This document shows positions 16,840 to 26,050 of a stretch of DNA of 32,000 nucleotides, piece by piece (position 1 is the first letter of the stretch; each line of letters starts with the position of its first letter). This DNA comes from Candidatus Heimdallarchaeota archaeon (GTDB lineage Archaea > Asgardarchaeota > Heimdallarchaeia > JABLTI01). The DNA is taken from NCBI GenBank assembly GCA_030614005.1, contig JAUWKS010000027.1:11140-43139 (forward strand), given 5' to 3'. The notes beneath the pieces were generated by a model, which ran no database searches, was not told the origin of the DNA, and was given only the letters and a program-made list of their open reading frames with translations. Both the position numbers and the translations under genes were made by a program.

Positions 16840-18927
16840 ATGATGCTGGAGGAAAAAAAGACTTTGATTTCAAGAAAGAAAAAAATGACATTTTTAACTT
16901 TATTATTGATTCTTTTAGCTGGGAATATTTCTACCTTTATATTTTCTGCGGAAAATACGATAGCAAAAGCACCACTTGGTGGAAGTGGTGGATTAGATAC
17001 TCAGGGATACTATTACTCTCATTGGAATGAAACCATTACCGTTGGAATGGATGGTTCGTTATTAATAGTTGAGGAGATGACTTTTAGATTAGATCCTGGT
17101 TCGTATGGATTTGCTTATAGAAATCTAAATTGGAAACTTTTTGATGACGTAAATAGTTGGAGTATTGAATCTGGGAATAATACACCAAGTATTACTTATT
17201 ATAAGATGGAAAAAGAAGCCGATGAAATTCAGTTCTACTGGGAGTTTTCAAGAGACTATTATTCATCACCTACTGAATTGACCTTTATTTTGACCTACAA
17301 TGTATCATCCGCAATGGACTTGCGAGGAGAACGGGATAGAGTATATTGGAATGTTATTGGAGCAGAATTTGAAGTACCAATTTATGACATTACTACTCGT
17401 GTTATTTTCCCACAAGAATATGCATTAGCTGATGTTCGATCAACATCATATTATCAAGGAAAAGAGCAAGGGGATGATACTGGGACAAAATTAAACGTTG
17501 ATGGAAAAACCCAAGTGACTTTTCACCAAAGCTCTGTTAATATTGGCGAATCATATACTATTGATGCAGATACGCCACCTGCAGGGATAATTATGCCTTT
17601 TAGTTGGAGAGTATATCTAAATACAAATTGGTATTTATGTATAGCATTTGGGTTTGTACCTGTAATGCTCTTCTTTGGAGTGCTCTTTATTTTCAAAGGG
17701 CTTGATCCAAAAGTAAAAAACATTCCAACACTGAATGAAGTTACATTCAAAAAATGTGTTCAATGTGGATATAAAGACGCTCGGAAAATTAAATTTTGTC
17801 CAATGTGTGGCGATGACGTTAAAATAGTAAATGAAATTGGTCCACCAAATAATCTAACACCTGCTGAAGTAGGAACGCTATTGGATGAGAAATTTGATAA
17901 AATTGATTTCGTTGCTGAATTCTTTTATCTAGCCGAAAAAGGATATTTGAAGATTATACAAACAGATGAGTCAAGCGAAATTTATTTCCAAAGAACAGAA
18001 AAAGATGCTTATTATGGCGAGTTATCAAAATTCGATAAAGGTCTACTAAATTTCATAGAAGTTTATTCATATGATACACTCTGGTTCAAAGATAAAAGTG
18101 AAAAGACAGAGGAAATTCCAGTAGAAGTTATATCGTTATCCGTCATTAAGACAAAGGCGGTAACGCTCTGGAAAAATAAAAAAGATGTCTACAATAAATT
18201 AGCCGGAGGCGATAACCCTTACTTTACACAAAACCCTGAGAAAATTAGAGGTAAGTATTCTGGGTATGCAATAATTGTTGGTATACTTGGATCATTGGGT
18301 TTCTTTATACTCTCCACATTCTTACTCATCAATGGATTAATTTGGGGTGTTGCAGGAGTAATTGCGGCATCTTTCATAGGTTTTCTTATATCATATAAAA
18401 TGCCCAAATTAACCAAAGAGGGCGCTAAAATTAAAGCAAGTTGGCAAAGCTATTTGCAATTAATACGTGGTCAAATGCTAGGATTCCCTGACCCATATGA
18501 ACAATTTAGCTTTTCAATGGATCACTTCTCGTATCTCTTAATCGACCCCAAATTCGATTTACCACATCATCTTAAGCATATTGCGAAGAAAATTCCTAAT
18601 AACCCTCCCCCTGCTAACTATCATTATACCGCACCATATTGGTATTATTATCCTAGAATATATTTACCCACTCGACCAGGAATGACTCATAGAACAATAA
18701 CAGGGTTCGACAGTCTCGGTAGAGGGTTTGAATCAATGGTTACTGGAATAAGCAATTTAGCAGAAAGTCTACCAACAGCAATATCTAACATGGCTGAAGG
18801 CTTAACTGGAGCAATTTCTTCAATGAGTGAAGGATTTACCCCACCATCTTCAAGTGGTGGTAGTAGTGGTTTCAGTGGAGGCTTTAGTGGTGGAGGAGGC
18901 GGTGGTGGTGGTGGAGGAATCGGTTAA
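16840..18927 (+). CDS. DUF2207-family membrane protein with Zn-ribbon insert and Gly-rich tail
   Basis: Signal/anchor segment, ITVGMDGSLLIVEEMTF, VYWNVIG, PPNNLTPAEVG.LLD, LAEKGYLKI, LTKEG and terminal SGGFSGGGGGGGGGG. The start may be the ATG at 16885. Confidence 0.9.
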   Translation: MMLEEKKTLISRKKKMTFLTLLLILLAGNISTFIFSAENTIAKAPLGGSGGLDTQGYYYSHWNETITVGMDGSLLIVEEMTFRLDPGSYGFAYRNLNWKLFDDVNSWSIESGNNTPSITYYKMEKEADEIQFYWEFSRDYYSSPTELTFILTYNVSSAMDLRGERDRVYWNVIGAEFEVPIYDITTRVIFPQEYALADVRSTSYYQGKEQGDDTGTKLNVDGKTQVTFHQSSVNIGESYTIDADTPPAGIIMPFSWRVYLNTNWYLCIAFGFVPVMLFFGVLFIFKGLDPKVKNIPTLNEVTFKKCVQCGYKDARKIKFCPMCGDDVKIVNEIGPPNNLTPAEVGTLLDEKFDKIDFVAEFFYLAEKGYLKIIQTDESSEIYFQRTEKDAYYGELSKFDKGLLNFIEVYSYDTLWFKDKSEKTEEIPVEVISLSVIKTKAVTLWKNKKDVYNKLAGGDNPYFTQNPEKIRGKYSGYAIIVGILGSLGFFILSTFLLINGLIWGVAGVIAASFIGFLISYKMPKLTKEGAKIKASWQSYLQLIRGQMLGFPDPYEQFSFSMDHFSYLLIDPKFDLPHHLKHIAKKIPNNPPPANYHYTAPYWYYYPRIYLPTRPGMTHRTITGFDSLGRGFESMVTGISNLAESLPTAISNMAEGLTGAISSMSEGFTPPSSSGGSSGFSGGFSGGGGGGGGGGIG

Positions 18928-18960
18928 CTCCATCAAAATCTGATTAAAATATAGATGCTT

Positions 18961-18990
18961 TTGGGTGAAAACCCAATTTTTTTCTTTTCT
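18961..18990 (+). terminator. GNRA hairpin plus T-tract
   Basis: TTGGGT-GAAA-ACCCAA (18961-18976) followed by T7, between convergent genes. Confidence 0.55.
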
Positions 18991-19031
18991 AATTCCAATT
19001 AAAATTATTATATGAAAGAGAGACCGGTAAT

Positions 19032-19751
19032 TTACTCTTCTATCTCTTCCTTATCTTGGCTTTTCATTTTTGCTTTCTTCTTTGGTTTTTCTTTTTTACT
19101 GATTTCTTGCTCTTCTTCTTTTTCTTCTTCTATTTCCATTTCTTTATCATCTGTTTTCTCATTTTTATATTTCAAAAGTTGAGTAGCAATCATTTTATCA
19201 AGAGCTTCAGTTTCTATCTCTTCACTATCAATAACAACAGTATTCAAATTTTCATCTGCAAAAGTTTGAACAATAGGACTTTTGTTCATAAGAATCATTC
19301 CTATTCCACCAAAAAGCTGCATGTCAACGAAAGAAAAGATGAATCTCTTGAAACTAATTAAAAGATCATCATTAGTTAAAAAGCGGAGCTCACCTTTCTG
19401 CATATCTGCAATTAACATTAAACGAATTCCCAAAGCTTTTTTACCAATTGTCAAGCCATTTGTTTTAATAGGCCAATAAATAAAATATGCCGCAGAAGCT
19501 AACCCTGCTACAACTCCCATAAGAGGCCAGAAAATATAGAGTAAAATCTCCAATGCAAGCTTAGCAGTTAAGACGAAACTCAAATGGAACGCAAAAGGTA
19601 AAGCTAAACAAACGAAGAAGATTAGATCAACGATTAAAAAATCAATAATTGTAGCTAATATTCTATTGGAAATAGTTGATAGTGGTTCCTTAATAGTGGT
19701 TGTTTTTTTCTCCTCGCTCAAATTGAACTCTCCAAACAATGTTTGATTCAA
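19032..19751 (-). CDS. RDD family membrane protein with charged C-terminal tail
   Basis: RILATIIDFL, GLTIGKKALGIRL, FADENLNTVVI. Confidence 0.88.
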   Translation of the reverse strand: MNQTLFGEFNLSEEKKTTTIKEPLSTISNRILATIIDFLIVDLIFFVCLALPFAFHLSFVLTAKLALEILLYIFWPLMGVVAGLASAAYFIYWPIKTNGLTIGKKALGIRLMLIADMQKGELRFLTNDDLLISFKRFIFSFVDMQLFGGIGMILMNKSPIVQTFADENLNTVVIDSEEIETEALDKMIATQLLKYKNEKTDDKEMEIEEEKEEEQEISKKEKPKKKAKMKSQDKEEIEE

Positions 19752-19828
19752 TATTATAAAATGAATGCTATTTTAAAACAATTTTCTAAGGTAAAAAAAA
19801 AGAAAAAATAAAGGAACTAGTAAAGATT

Positions 19829-20350
19829 TTACTCAGTCCTTGGTTTAATTAGTGGTACTAAATTTTCGTCAACTTGAACGACAATAGTTTTGCCTAATTG
19901 ATCAGCAAATCTTTGGCTGTTATTGTTATTGGTAATAAAGTACCATGCAAGCAATCCGAAACCAATTCCGGCTTCAATCCAACCAATAAGGACACGTACT
20001 AATACTTTAGTCATATCTCCTTCAGCAATTGGTCTAAGTGTCCATTTAGCTTCGTCCTCAATTAACATAAGCTTGATCTTTTGCATCTTTTTACCGATTG
20101 TTTGACCATCATTTTTGTAGGGCATCCAAACGAAGATGTAAAACATAGCTGCCAGGCCAAGAGCATAGACGGCTAACGATAGTAACCAACCTAACCAACT
20201 AATAATACTGGCAAGAATAATATAAAGAATAAATCCAACAAGATATATGCCGAAAACTATTCCATAATCAACTAAAGCAGCAAAAGCTCGCTCTTTAAAA
20301 GTAGCTAGAGCAACTTTGACATCTGGTTTTTCAGTTTTTTTCTCACTCAT
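19829..20350 (-). CDS. RDD family membrane protein
   Basis: RAFAALVDY, GQTIGKKMQKIKL, QRFADQLGKTIVV. Confidence 0.9.
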   Translation of the reverse strand: MSEKKTEKPDVKVALATFKERAFAALVDYGIVFGIYLVGFILYIILASIISWLGWLLSLAVYALGLAAMFYIFVWMPYKNDGQTIGKKMQKIKLMLIEDEAKWTLRPIAEGDMTKVLVRVLIGWIEAGIGFGLLAWYFITNNNNSQRFADQLGKTIVVQVDENLVPLIKPRTE

Positions 20351-20552
20351 AATAGACTAACTCCTATTAATAAAAGGATAATAGCACGCTCAATTCAGAC
20401 GAACTACTATAAAAATAATTTCAGAAAGAATTGATAATAGTAAAGAAAAACCACCAGTCAAATGATAAGAAGAACCTTTAAATGCGACAAAAAGGTAAGA
20501 GTATAGAATTTTTCAACCAAAATAGGACTCAAAATTATAACGGTGAAAATTT

Positions 20553-22061
20553 ATGGCAGATAAAGACATTTATGCTTACGCTCAGTTAGCGAAAAAAACA
20601 GGAGATGAGATTATCGATCCGACTTCAATTGAAGCAAAGAGAACAGGAAAGTTCAATGTTTTCCTTTGGTTTTCATACGATGCTGCAGATACCTACTTCT
20701 CACAATTAATAATTAGCCTTGCTTTTACACCACTAGCTCTTCTGCTAGGTATTCAAATGGGATGGTCATATACCTTCACATTTGTGATCGTTTCACTCTT
20801 TATGGCACTTTCAAACTTGTTAATAGCTGCTCTTGGACCAATTATGGGTTCAATATCAGATATTGCTGGTAAACGAAAAGGAGCAGTAATAATAGTTGCA
20901 AGTATAATGGTTGCTTCAACAGCAGCAGTAACTCCCTTTGTAAGTTTTGGTTCACCCATGTTCAAATTCTGGATGGCAACAATTCTATTTGTAATCGCAA
21001 ACTTCTGCTATCAAGCAGGTAGAATGTTTTATGATGCCCAAATCCCTTTCATTGCAAAAACAGAACAACGCTCATTTACGCAAGCTTTAGGAGGATCTCT
21101 TAGTTTCATAGGGTCTGTTCTTGGAGTTGTGACAAGTATGGTTTTAGTGGCTCTCTTTGGTAAGCCAACACATATTGATACTGCTATTTGGGCAAATGAA
21201 TCAATAAAACCTGAAGACATTGAATATGGTGGTCTTCAATGGATGTTTCTTATTGGTGCAATTGTTATAGTAATTATGGCGTTGCCGTATCTTTTTCATA
21301 AAGAAGTTGAAACTCCATCAAAAGTCACTTTGAAAGATAATTTTAAACAATCGCGACAAATTTTCCGTACAACAGGAAAGGAAATTCTTAGAGATCGAAA
21401 TTCCTTGCTCTTCTTTCTAGGTTGGTTCTTTATTACCGATGCTGCGAACACTGCAATACTCTATATGACTGTGACCATTTAAGGAGCTGTAGGATATGAT
21501 TTAGCAACTACTAATTATGTCCTTTTCGCAGGCATTGGTGGAAGTTTAATCTTTGCTGTTATCACAGGACTTTTTATGAACAAATATGGTCCAAAGTTAA
21601 CTTTTATTGTTAATGGCATTTCATGGGCAATAGCTGTTCTAATAATTATTTTCTCCGGCTGGGAGATTGGTAGTATTGTGACACCAAAATGGTTAGTGTT
21701 TTTCGGTGCGTTCTTTGTTGGCATTGGTTTTGGAGGTATTTGGATTGTCGGGAGACAATTCATTATGGTACTTGCTCCACCTTCGAAATTAGCACAGTAT
21801 GGGGGTTTCCAAAAAATCGCTGGACGAGTTAGTGCTATTGTTTCTCCACTCATGTATGCTGGACTTATCTTTGCATTTGAACCACAATTCGGCATTCGTA
21901 ATGCCTATCGTTTTGCTTTAGCTTCACTAATAATATTTTTCATAATTGGCGTGGGGTTAATTTCATTCATTAGAGATCCACACAAACGGTACCTCGCTGG
22001 TGAGCGTGCACCTTATGTAGGACTTTACGATGAGCAACAGGATGAAGAAGTAGCAAAATAA
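20553..22061 (+). pseudogene. MFS transporter, UMF1/Atg22-like family, interrupted by an in-frame TAA at 21480-21482
   Basis: ORFs 20553-21482 and 21576-22061 share one frame, and the gap reads GAVGYDLATTNYVLFAGIGGSLIFAVITGLF. Motifs WFSYDAA, GSISDIAGKRK, FYDAQIPFIA and AQYGGF..IAGR. About 502 codons in total. Confidence 0.85.
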
Positions 22062-22065
22062 AAGT

Positions 22066-22100
22066 TGAAGGATTTATCCTTCACTCATTTTTCTTTTTTT
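22066..22100. terminator. Hairpin plus T-tract between convergent genes
   Basis: TGAAGGA(22066-22072)-TTTA-TCCTTCA(22077-22083), then long T runs. Confidence 0.55.
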
Positions 22101-22118
22101 TATTTATTCCACAATATT

Positions 22119-22490
22119 TTATTGTCCAAGGTCTTTTCCATCTTCAACCATTTGTAGACATTCTTCATATACTTCAACAGCTTTTCGAAGATGGGGTATA
22201 ACTATTGATCCCCCAACTATGAGTGCGACATTCATTGTTTCATAAAATTCTGCAAGGGTTACACCTTCCTTCACACAGTTGATAATATGATAGCTTATAC
22301 AATCATTGCAACGTAACACTGTAGATGCAACTAATCCCAAAAGTTCTTTTACTTTGACAGATAATGCTCCTTCATCATACGCTCGAGAGTCTAGAGCAAA
22401 GAATCTTGTTATTTGTTTATTCCCACTATTGAGTATTTTTTCGTTCATTTTTTCTCTATACTTCTTGAATTCTTCCAACTTGTCTGTCAT
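22119..22490 (-). CDS. Carboxymuconolactone decarboxylase/AhpD-like protein
   Basis: GALSVKVKELLGLVAS..LRCNDCISYH with CxxC, and E...VA..VGG. Confidence 0.92.
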   Translation of the reverse strand: MTDKLEEFKKYREKMNEKILNSGNKQITRFFALDSRAYDEGALSVKVKELLGLVASTVLRCNDCISYHIINCVKEGVTLAEFYETMNVALIVGGSIVIPHLRKAVEVYEECLQMVEDGKDLGQ

Positions 22491-22653
22491 TTTACTAGCT
22501 AGCTCCTACTCTTCTTCTATGTTCAAATGCTTATATTCCTTTTTCTTTTACTGGCTAAATGTTTCTCATTTCTTTTTCGTAACGCAAAGGTTTTTTTTAT
22601 ACTATTGTTAATAGTAGTTCAGTTAATCATCCAATTCGTTGGTGGAAACTTAA

Positions 22654-23343
22654 ATGGCTCGAACAGCTCTCAAATGGATACTTGGTTTAATTTTATCGGT
22701 TATTGGATTCTTTTTTACAGGTGTAGTGGTTGTCTTCTATTTTTTGGGAAGGAATACGCTGGCTGGATTAATAACTGCTATAGTTATTGGATCAGTTGCA
22801 TATATTCCTGGTTTAATTCTAATAATACTTGCATTAATCGATGGAGTGCACAATATCTTTGACTTGCGGATTTCTAAACTTCTTGAGGAATATGATCGGA
22901 TCACCCCAACAGAACTTGCTGAAAAAGCTCGAAGTCGAGAGGATAAAATAGAAGCATCTGTTTCAAGGATTATTGAGAAAGGGCTAATTATTGTCTACTT
23001 TGATAAGGCTACAGGTGAATTTGTTACACAAGAGGGACGCGCAATAGCTGAACGTATAATGGGAATTATTATCTCCAAAAGACGTGTTACTTTGCAAGAA
23101 CTATGTGATGAAACAGGAATGAAAGAAGACGAAGTCAAACGCATCGTAATCGGTATGGAGAAACGAGGGTTGTTTGATGGTACATATGATTGGAAAAGTG
23201 GCAAAATCCTCTCTCGCGAAGGTACAACCCAGCTGAGTGTTGCTAAAACTAGTTGTCCACATTGTGGGGCCCATTTAACTGAACCTCCTCTGCCAGGAGA
23301 AGAAATTGGATGCAGTTATTGTGGAAAAATAATAACTGGTTAG
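22654..23343 (+). CDS. Membrane-anchored protein with two PCI-like winged-helix domains and a C-terminal Zn ribbon
   Basis: Two N-terminal TMs, RITPTELAEK...IIEKGLIIVYFDKATGEF, RVTLQELCDE...EKRGLFDGTYDWKSGKI, then CPHCGA...CSYCG. Confidence 0.75.
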   Translation: MARTALKWILGLILSVIGFFFTGVVVVFYFLGRNTLAGLITAIVIGSVAYIPGLILIILALIDGVHNIFDLRISKLLEEYDRITPTELAEKARSREDKIEASVSRIIEKGLIIVYFDKATGEFVTQEGRAIAERIMGIIISKRRVTLQELCDETGMKEDEVKRIVIGMEKRGLFDGTYDWKSGKILSREGTTQLSVAKTSCPHCGAHLTEPPLPGEEIGCSYCGKIITG

Positions 23344-23353
23344 TAATTAAGAA

Positions 23354-23385
23354 AATCTCCTTACTCAGGAGATTCATTTCTTTAT
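23354..23385. terminator. Hairpin between convergent genes
   Basis: AATCTCCT(23354-23361)-TACTC-AGGAGATT(23367-23374), with a T-rich run after. Confidence 0.55.
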
Positions 23386-23388
23386 TTT

Positions 23389-23838
23389 TCATAACTCCTT
23401 AACCATAAGATAACCATCTGATAAATCGTCATAATATTCTTTTAATCTAGTTTTTATCTCGAAACCATATTTTTCATAAAACAAAATGGCTGGTTTATTA
23501 TCTACCTTTACTTCTAATCTTACTCTTTTTACAGTTGACTCTCGAATTATCTCGAGAGTGAATGCTAATATTTCCAAACCAATTCCTTTTCTTTGGTGAT
23601 CTGGGTGAACAGCAAGGATCATTATATGGGCAGCATCAATTGAATAAATACCAAATATAACAAATCCAATAACTTGTTTAGAGCTTGGTTCCAAAGCAAC
23701 ATAATTATGCTCCGCATCAATAAGTGATTCAGCTAATTCAAAAACATCATCACCTGGGAAACACTTCTCACAAATATATTGTATTTCTTTCAGATTTTTT
23801 TTCCTTGCTTTTCTCATTTCTATTATAGAACCACTCAT
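23389..23838 (-). CDS. rimI: RimI/Ard1-like GNAT N-acetyltransferase
   Basis: HIMILAVHPDHQRKGIG, LEVKVDNKPAILFYEKYGF, EYYDDLSDGYLM. Confidence 0.88.
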   Translation of the reverse strand: MSGSIIEMRKARKKNLKEIQYICEKCFPGDDVFELAESLIDAEHNYVALEPSSKQVIGFVIFGIYSIDAAHIMILAVHPDHQRKGIGLEILAFTLEIIRESTVKRVRLEVKVDNKPAILFYEKYGFEIKTRLKEYYDDLSDGYLMVKEL

Positions 23839-24101
23839 CTATACAATTACTTCCATCAAATAGCCAGATAAATACTTTACTGATTTATTTTTAAAAAATT
23901 TATGTCAATAATGGTCTTCTGCCTACTGATTCTCATTTTTGTCTATGTTAGGCAAATTATATATAGAGGTAAAAAAGTTCTCAATTTACATAATGCTTAT
24001 TTACTAGAGGAAACTCCTCAAAGTATATTATTATAATCATCTACAAAATGAGTGACTTTTCTCTCTTTTTGTGAAGATTATTACCTATTGGTGCAATTAC
24101 A

Positions 24102-25328
24102 ATGTCTGATAAAATGTCCGAACTTCTTAACAACCTGCAATCAAAAGATGCAACGAAGAGAGTTAAAGCAGCCAAAAATTTAGGCAATTTAGGCGATCGT
24201 CGCGCTACTTCTGAATTAATGATTGCTTTGAAAGAATACCCTGATGTAGAAACCCGACTTGCTACTGCAGAAGCTTTAGGGAAAATTGGTGATAGGGTTG
24301 CAACAGAGCTTCTTATTGATATCTTTAAGGGTGATCCTGATAAAAAAGTTAAAACAGCAATGTTAATGGCATTAGGTGAACTCGGAGATGATAATGCTTA
24401 TGATACTTTGCTGGATGCAATTCTAAATGAAAAAATTTTGGCAATTCGTGAAGCAGCCATAATTGCGATTGGTAAATTGAATAACAAAGCTGTTGCCGAA
24501 GAGCTTCAGAATATTGTCTCTACAGAAAAAAGTACTAAACTAATTGTTGCAGCAATCAAATCACTCTATCTTTTGGGCGAAAGAAAAGCTGCACCAATGT
24601 TCAAAGAACTATTAGAGTCATCTAATAACCCAACAATCCGAGCAGAAGTTGCTGCGGGTTTAGGACGAATTGGTGGACGTGATGCATTAACACCACTAGT
24701 TGCTACTCTCAAAAAGGAAAAGGATGAAGGTGTTAGAGAATCCATAGTAATCTCTCTTGGCCGAATAGCTAACACCACCTCAGTAGCTCCACTGATAGAT
24801 GTTTTGAAAAATGATGAAAGTGCGGTTATCCGAAAAAGAGCTGCTTGGTCTCTTAGACGAATCAAAGATAGTCAAATATCAAGTGTTCTTTTGTCTCAAT
24901 TAGATAAAGAACCTATTGAAGCTGTTAAACAAGAAATTATTGCCTCCCTTGGAAAACACAAAGAAAGGAAAGCAATAAATGCAATAGTTGATGCTTTAGC
25001 AAATTCTAAAGACGATCAAGTTAGACGAGCTGCGGCAATTGCTCTTGGAGACATCAATGATAAAAAAGCGGTAGAACCTTTACTTACAACTCTTGAGTCA
25101 GATAAATCTGCTGAAGTAAGAAAATATGCAGCCTGGTCTCTTAGCAAATTGAAAAGTATCAATTCTAAGGAAATATTAATTGGTTATCTACAAAAAGAAA
25201 AGGATGATTTGGTTAAAGAAATGATTCAAACGGCAATCAATGCAATAGATAATGCCATCAAACAAGCGGAAGCTGAAGCCGCAAAAGCAGTAAAAAGAGC
25301 TAAAAAGGAAGAGTATTATTACTATTGA
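24102..25328 (+). CDS. HEAT-repeat (PBS-lyase/HEAT_2 type) protein with 12 repeats and C-terminal YYYY
   Basis: A 31-32-aa unit (VR..AA.ALG.IGD..A...L...L) repeated 12 times. The gene ends GAA GAG TAT TAT TAC TAT TGA. Confidence 0.92.
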   Translation: MSDKMSELLNNLQSKDATKRVKAAKNLGNLGDRRATSELMIALKEYPDVETRLATAEALGKIGDRVATELLIDIFKGDPDKKVKTAMLMALGELGDDNAYDTLLDAILNEKILAIREAAIIAIGKLNNKAVAEELQNIVSTEKSTKLIVAAIKSLYLLGERKAAPMFKELLESSNNPTIRAEVAAGLGRIGGRDALTPLVATLKKEKDEGVRESIVISLGRIANTTSVAPLIDVLKNDESAVIRKRAAWSLRRIKDSQISSVLLSQLDKEPIEAVKQEIIASLGKHKERKAINAIVDALANSKDDQVRRAAAIALGDINDKKAVEPLLTTLESDKSAEVRKYAAWSLSKLKSINSKEILIGYLQKEKDDLVKEMIQTAINAIDNAIKQAEAEAAKAVKRAKKEEYYYY

Positions 25329-25353
25329 TTTTCCTTTTTTTTTCTATTATTTC

Positions 25354-25797
25354 TTATAGTAATTTCTCTTGTTGAAAATCGCCAATCAGTTCTCCAAATG
25401 ATATACCAACGCTCGATGCGTGTGTAAGGGTTATTTTGTAATTAGTCCCATTGCGTACACTCATAAGTTGATCAGGAACGTGTAAGAATGAAAATCCTTT
25501 GCGACGATTTTTGAACTTTATACCAACATAGGGTTCAAAGCCTATTCTTTTACTAAATACAAGTAAACCAGTGATTTGCTCCTCACTAATGTATAGGGTA
25601 TCTTTTCGAATGGTTTTAATTTCGAGAACAAAGAATTTATTTCTCTTAACTGAACCTGCAATAAGATCTGGTCTTGGAAGAATTGTGCCTCCTCCAGAAG
25701 CCGGAGCACGTAGAACGGCAAACCCTGCTTCCCAGAACATATGTACTAAATCTCTTTCTGCTTTAACACCACTTGAAGACAAAGATACACCCATCAT
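25354..25797 (-). CDS. hjc: Holliday junction resolvase Hjc
   Basis: G..AERDLV..FWEAGFAVLRAPASGG, PDLIAG, LEIK (PD-(D/E)xK). Start placed at ATG 25797 (or 25794), about 25 nt downstream of a TTTTTATTT TATA-like box. Confidence 0.93.
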   Translation of the reverse strand: MMGVSLSSSGVKAERDLVHMFWEAGFAVLRAPASGGGTILPRPDLIAGSVKRNKFFVLEIKTIRKDTLYISEEQITGLLVFSKRIGFEPYVGIKFKNRRKGFSFLHVPDQLMSVRNGTNYKITLTHASSVGISFGELIGDFQQEKLL

Positions 25798-25952
25798 AAT
25801 GTACAATAATCCAAATAAAAATTCTAGGGAGAGATGGTTAAAGAATTTGTGGGAAATCGTATTACCAAAAGTTATATTTGAAATTAGCACGATAAAACTT
25901 GTAGTTACATCTTCTATATGTTCAAAGGTTTGATCTAAAAATAGAGAATTGA

Positions 25953-26037
25953 TCTGGAAAGCGACAGCCCAAAAATCGACCATTGTTTCAGGGAAAACAA
26001 TGGGGAGCGCGTATGGACGGGCTAATCGCAATCCAGA
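25953..26037. ncRNA. Candidate structured RNA (nested hairpin), family not recognised
   Basis: Four nested stems: TCTGGA/TCCAGA, GCGA/TCGC, AGCCC/GGGCT and CCATTGTTT/AAACAATGG. GC-rich relative to its flanks. Confidence 0.4.
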
Positions 26038-26050
26038 ATGCAGGTGAACA

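Noticed and set aside
18860-18924. GGT/GGA simple repeat (also the GAC/GAT run near 28203-28233 and the TTC runs in 4300-4770)
   Set aside because: These encode poly-Gly, poly-Asp, poly-Lys and poly-Glu tracts. They are not CRISPR or mobile repeats.
21480-21482. Stop-codon reassignment or Sec/Pyl read-through in the MFS gene
   Set aside because: The codon is TAA, not TGA or TAG, and TAA ends many intact genes here (eif5a, M20 peptidase, DUF2207, sugar kinase).
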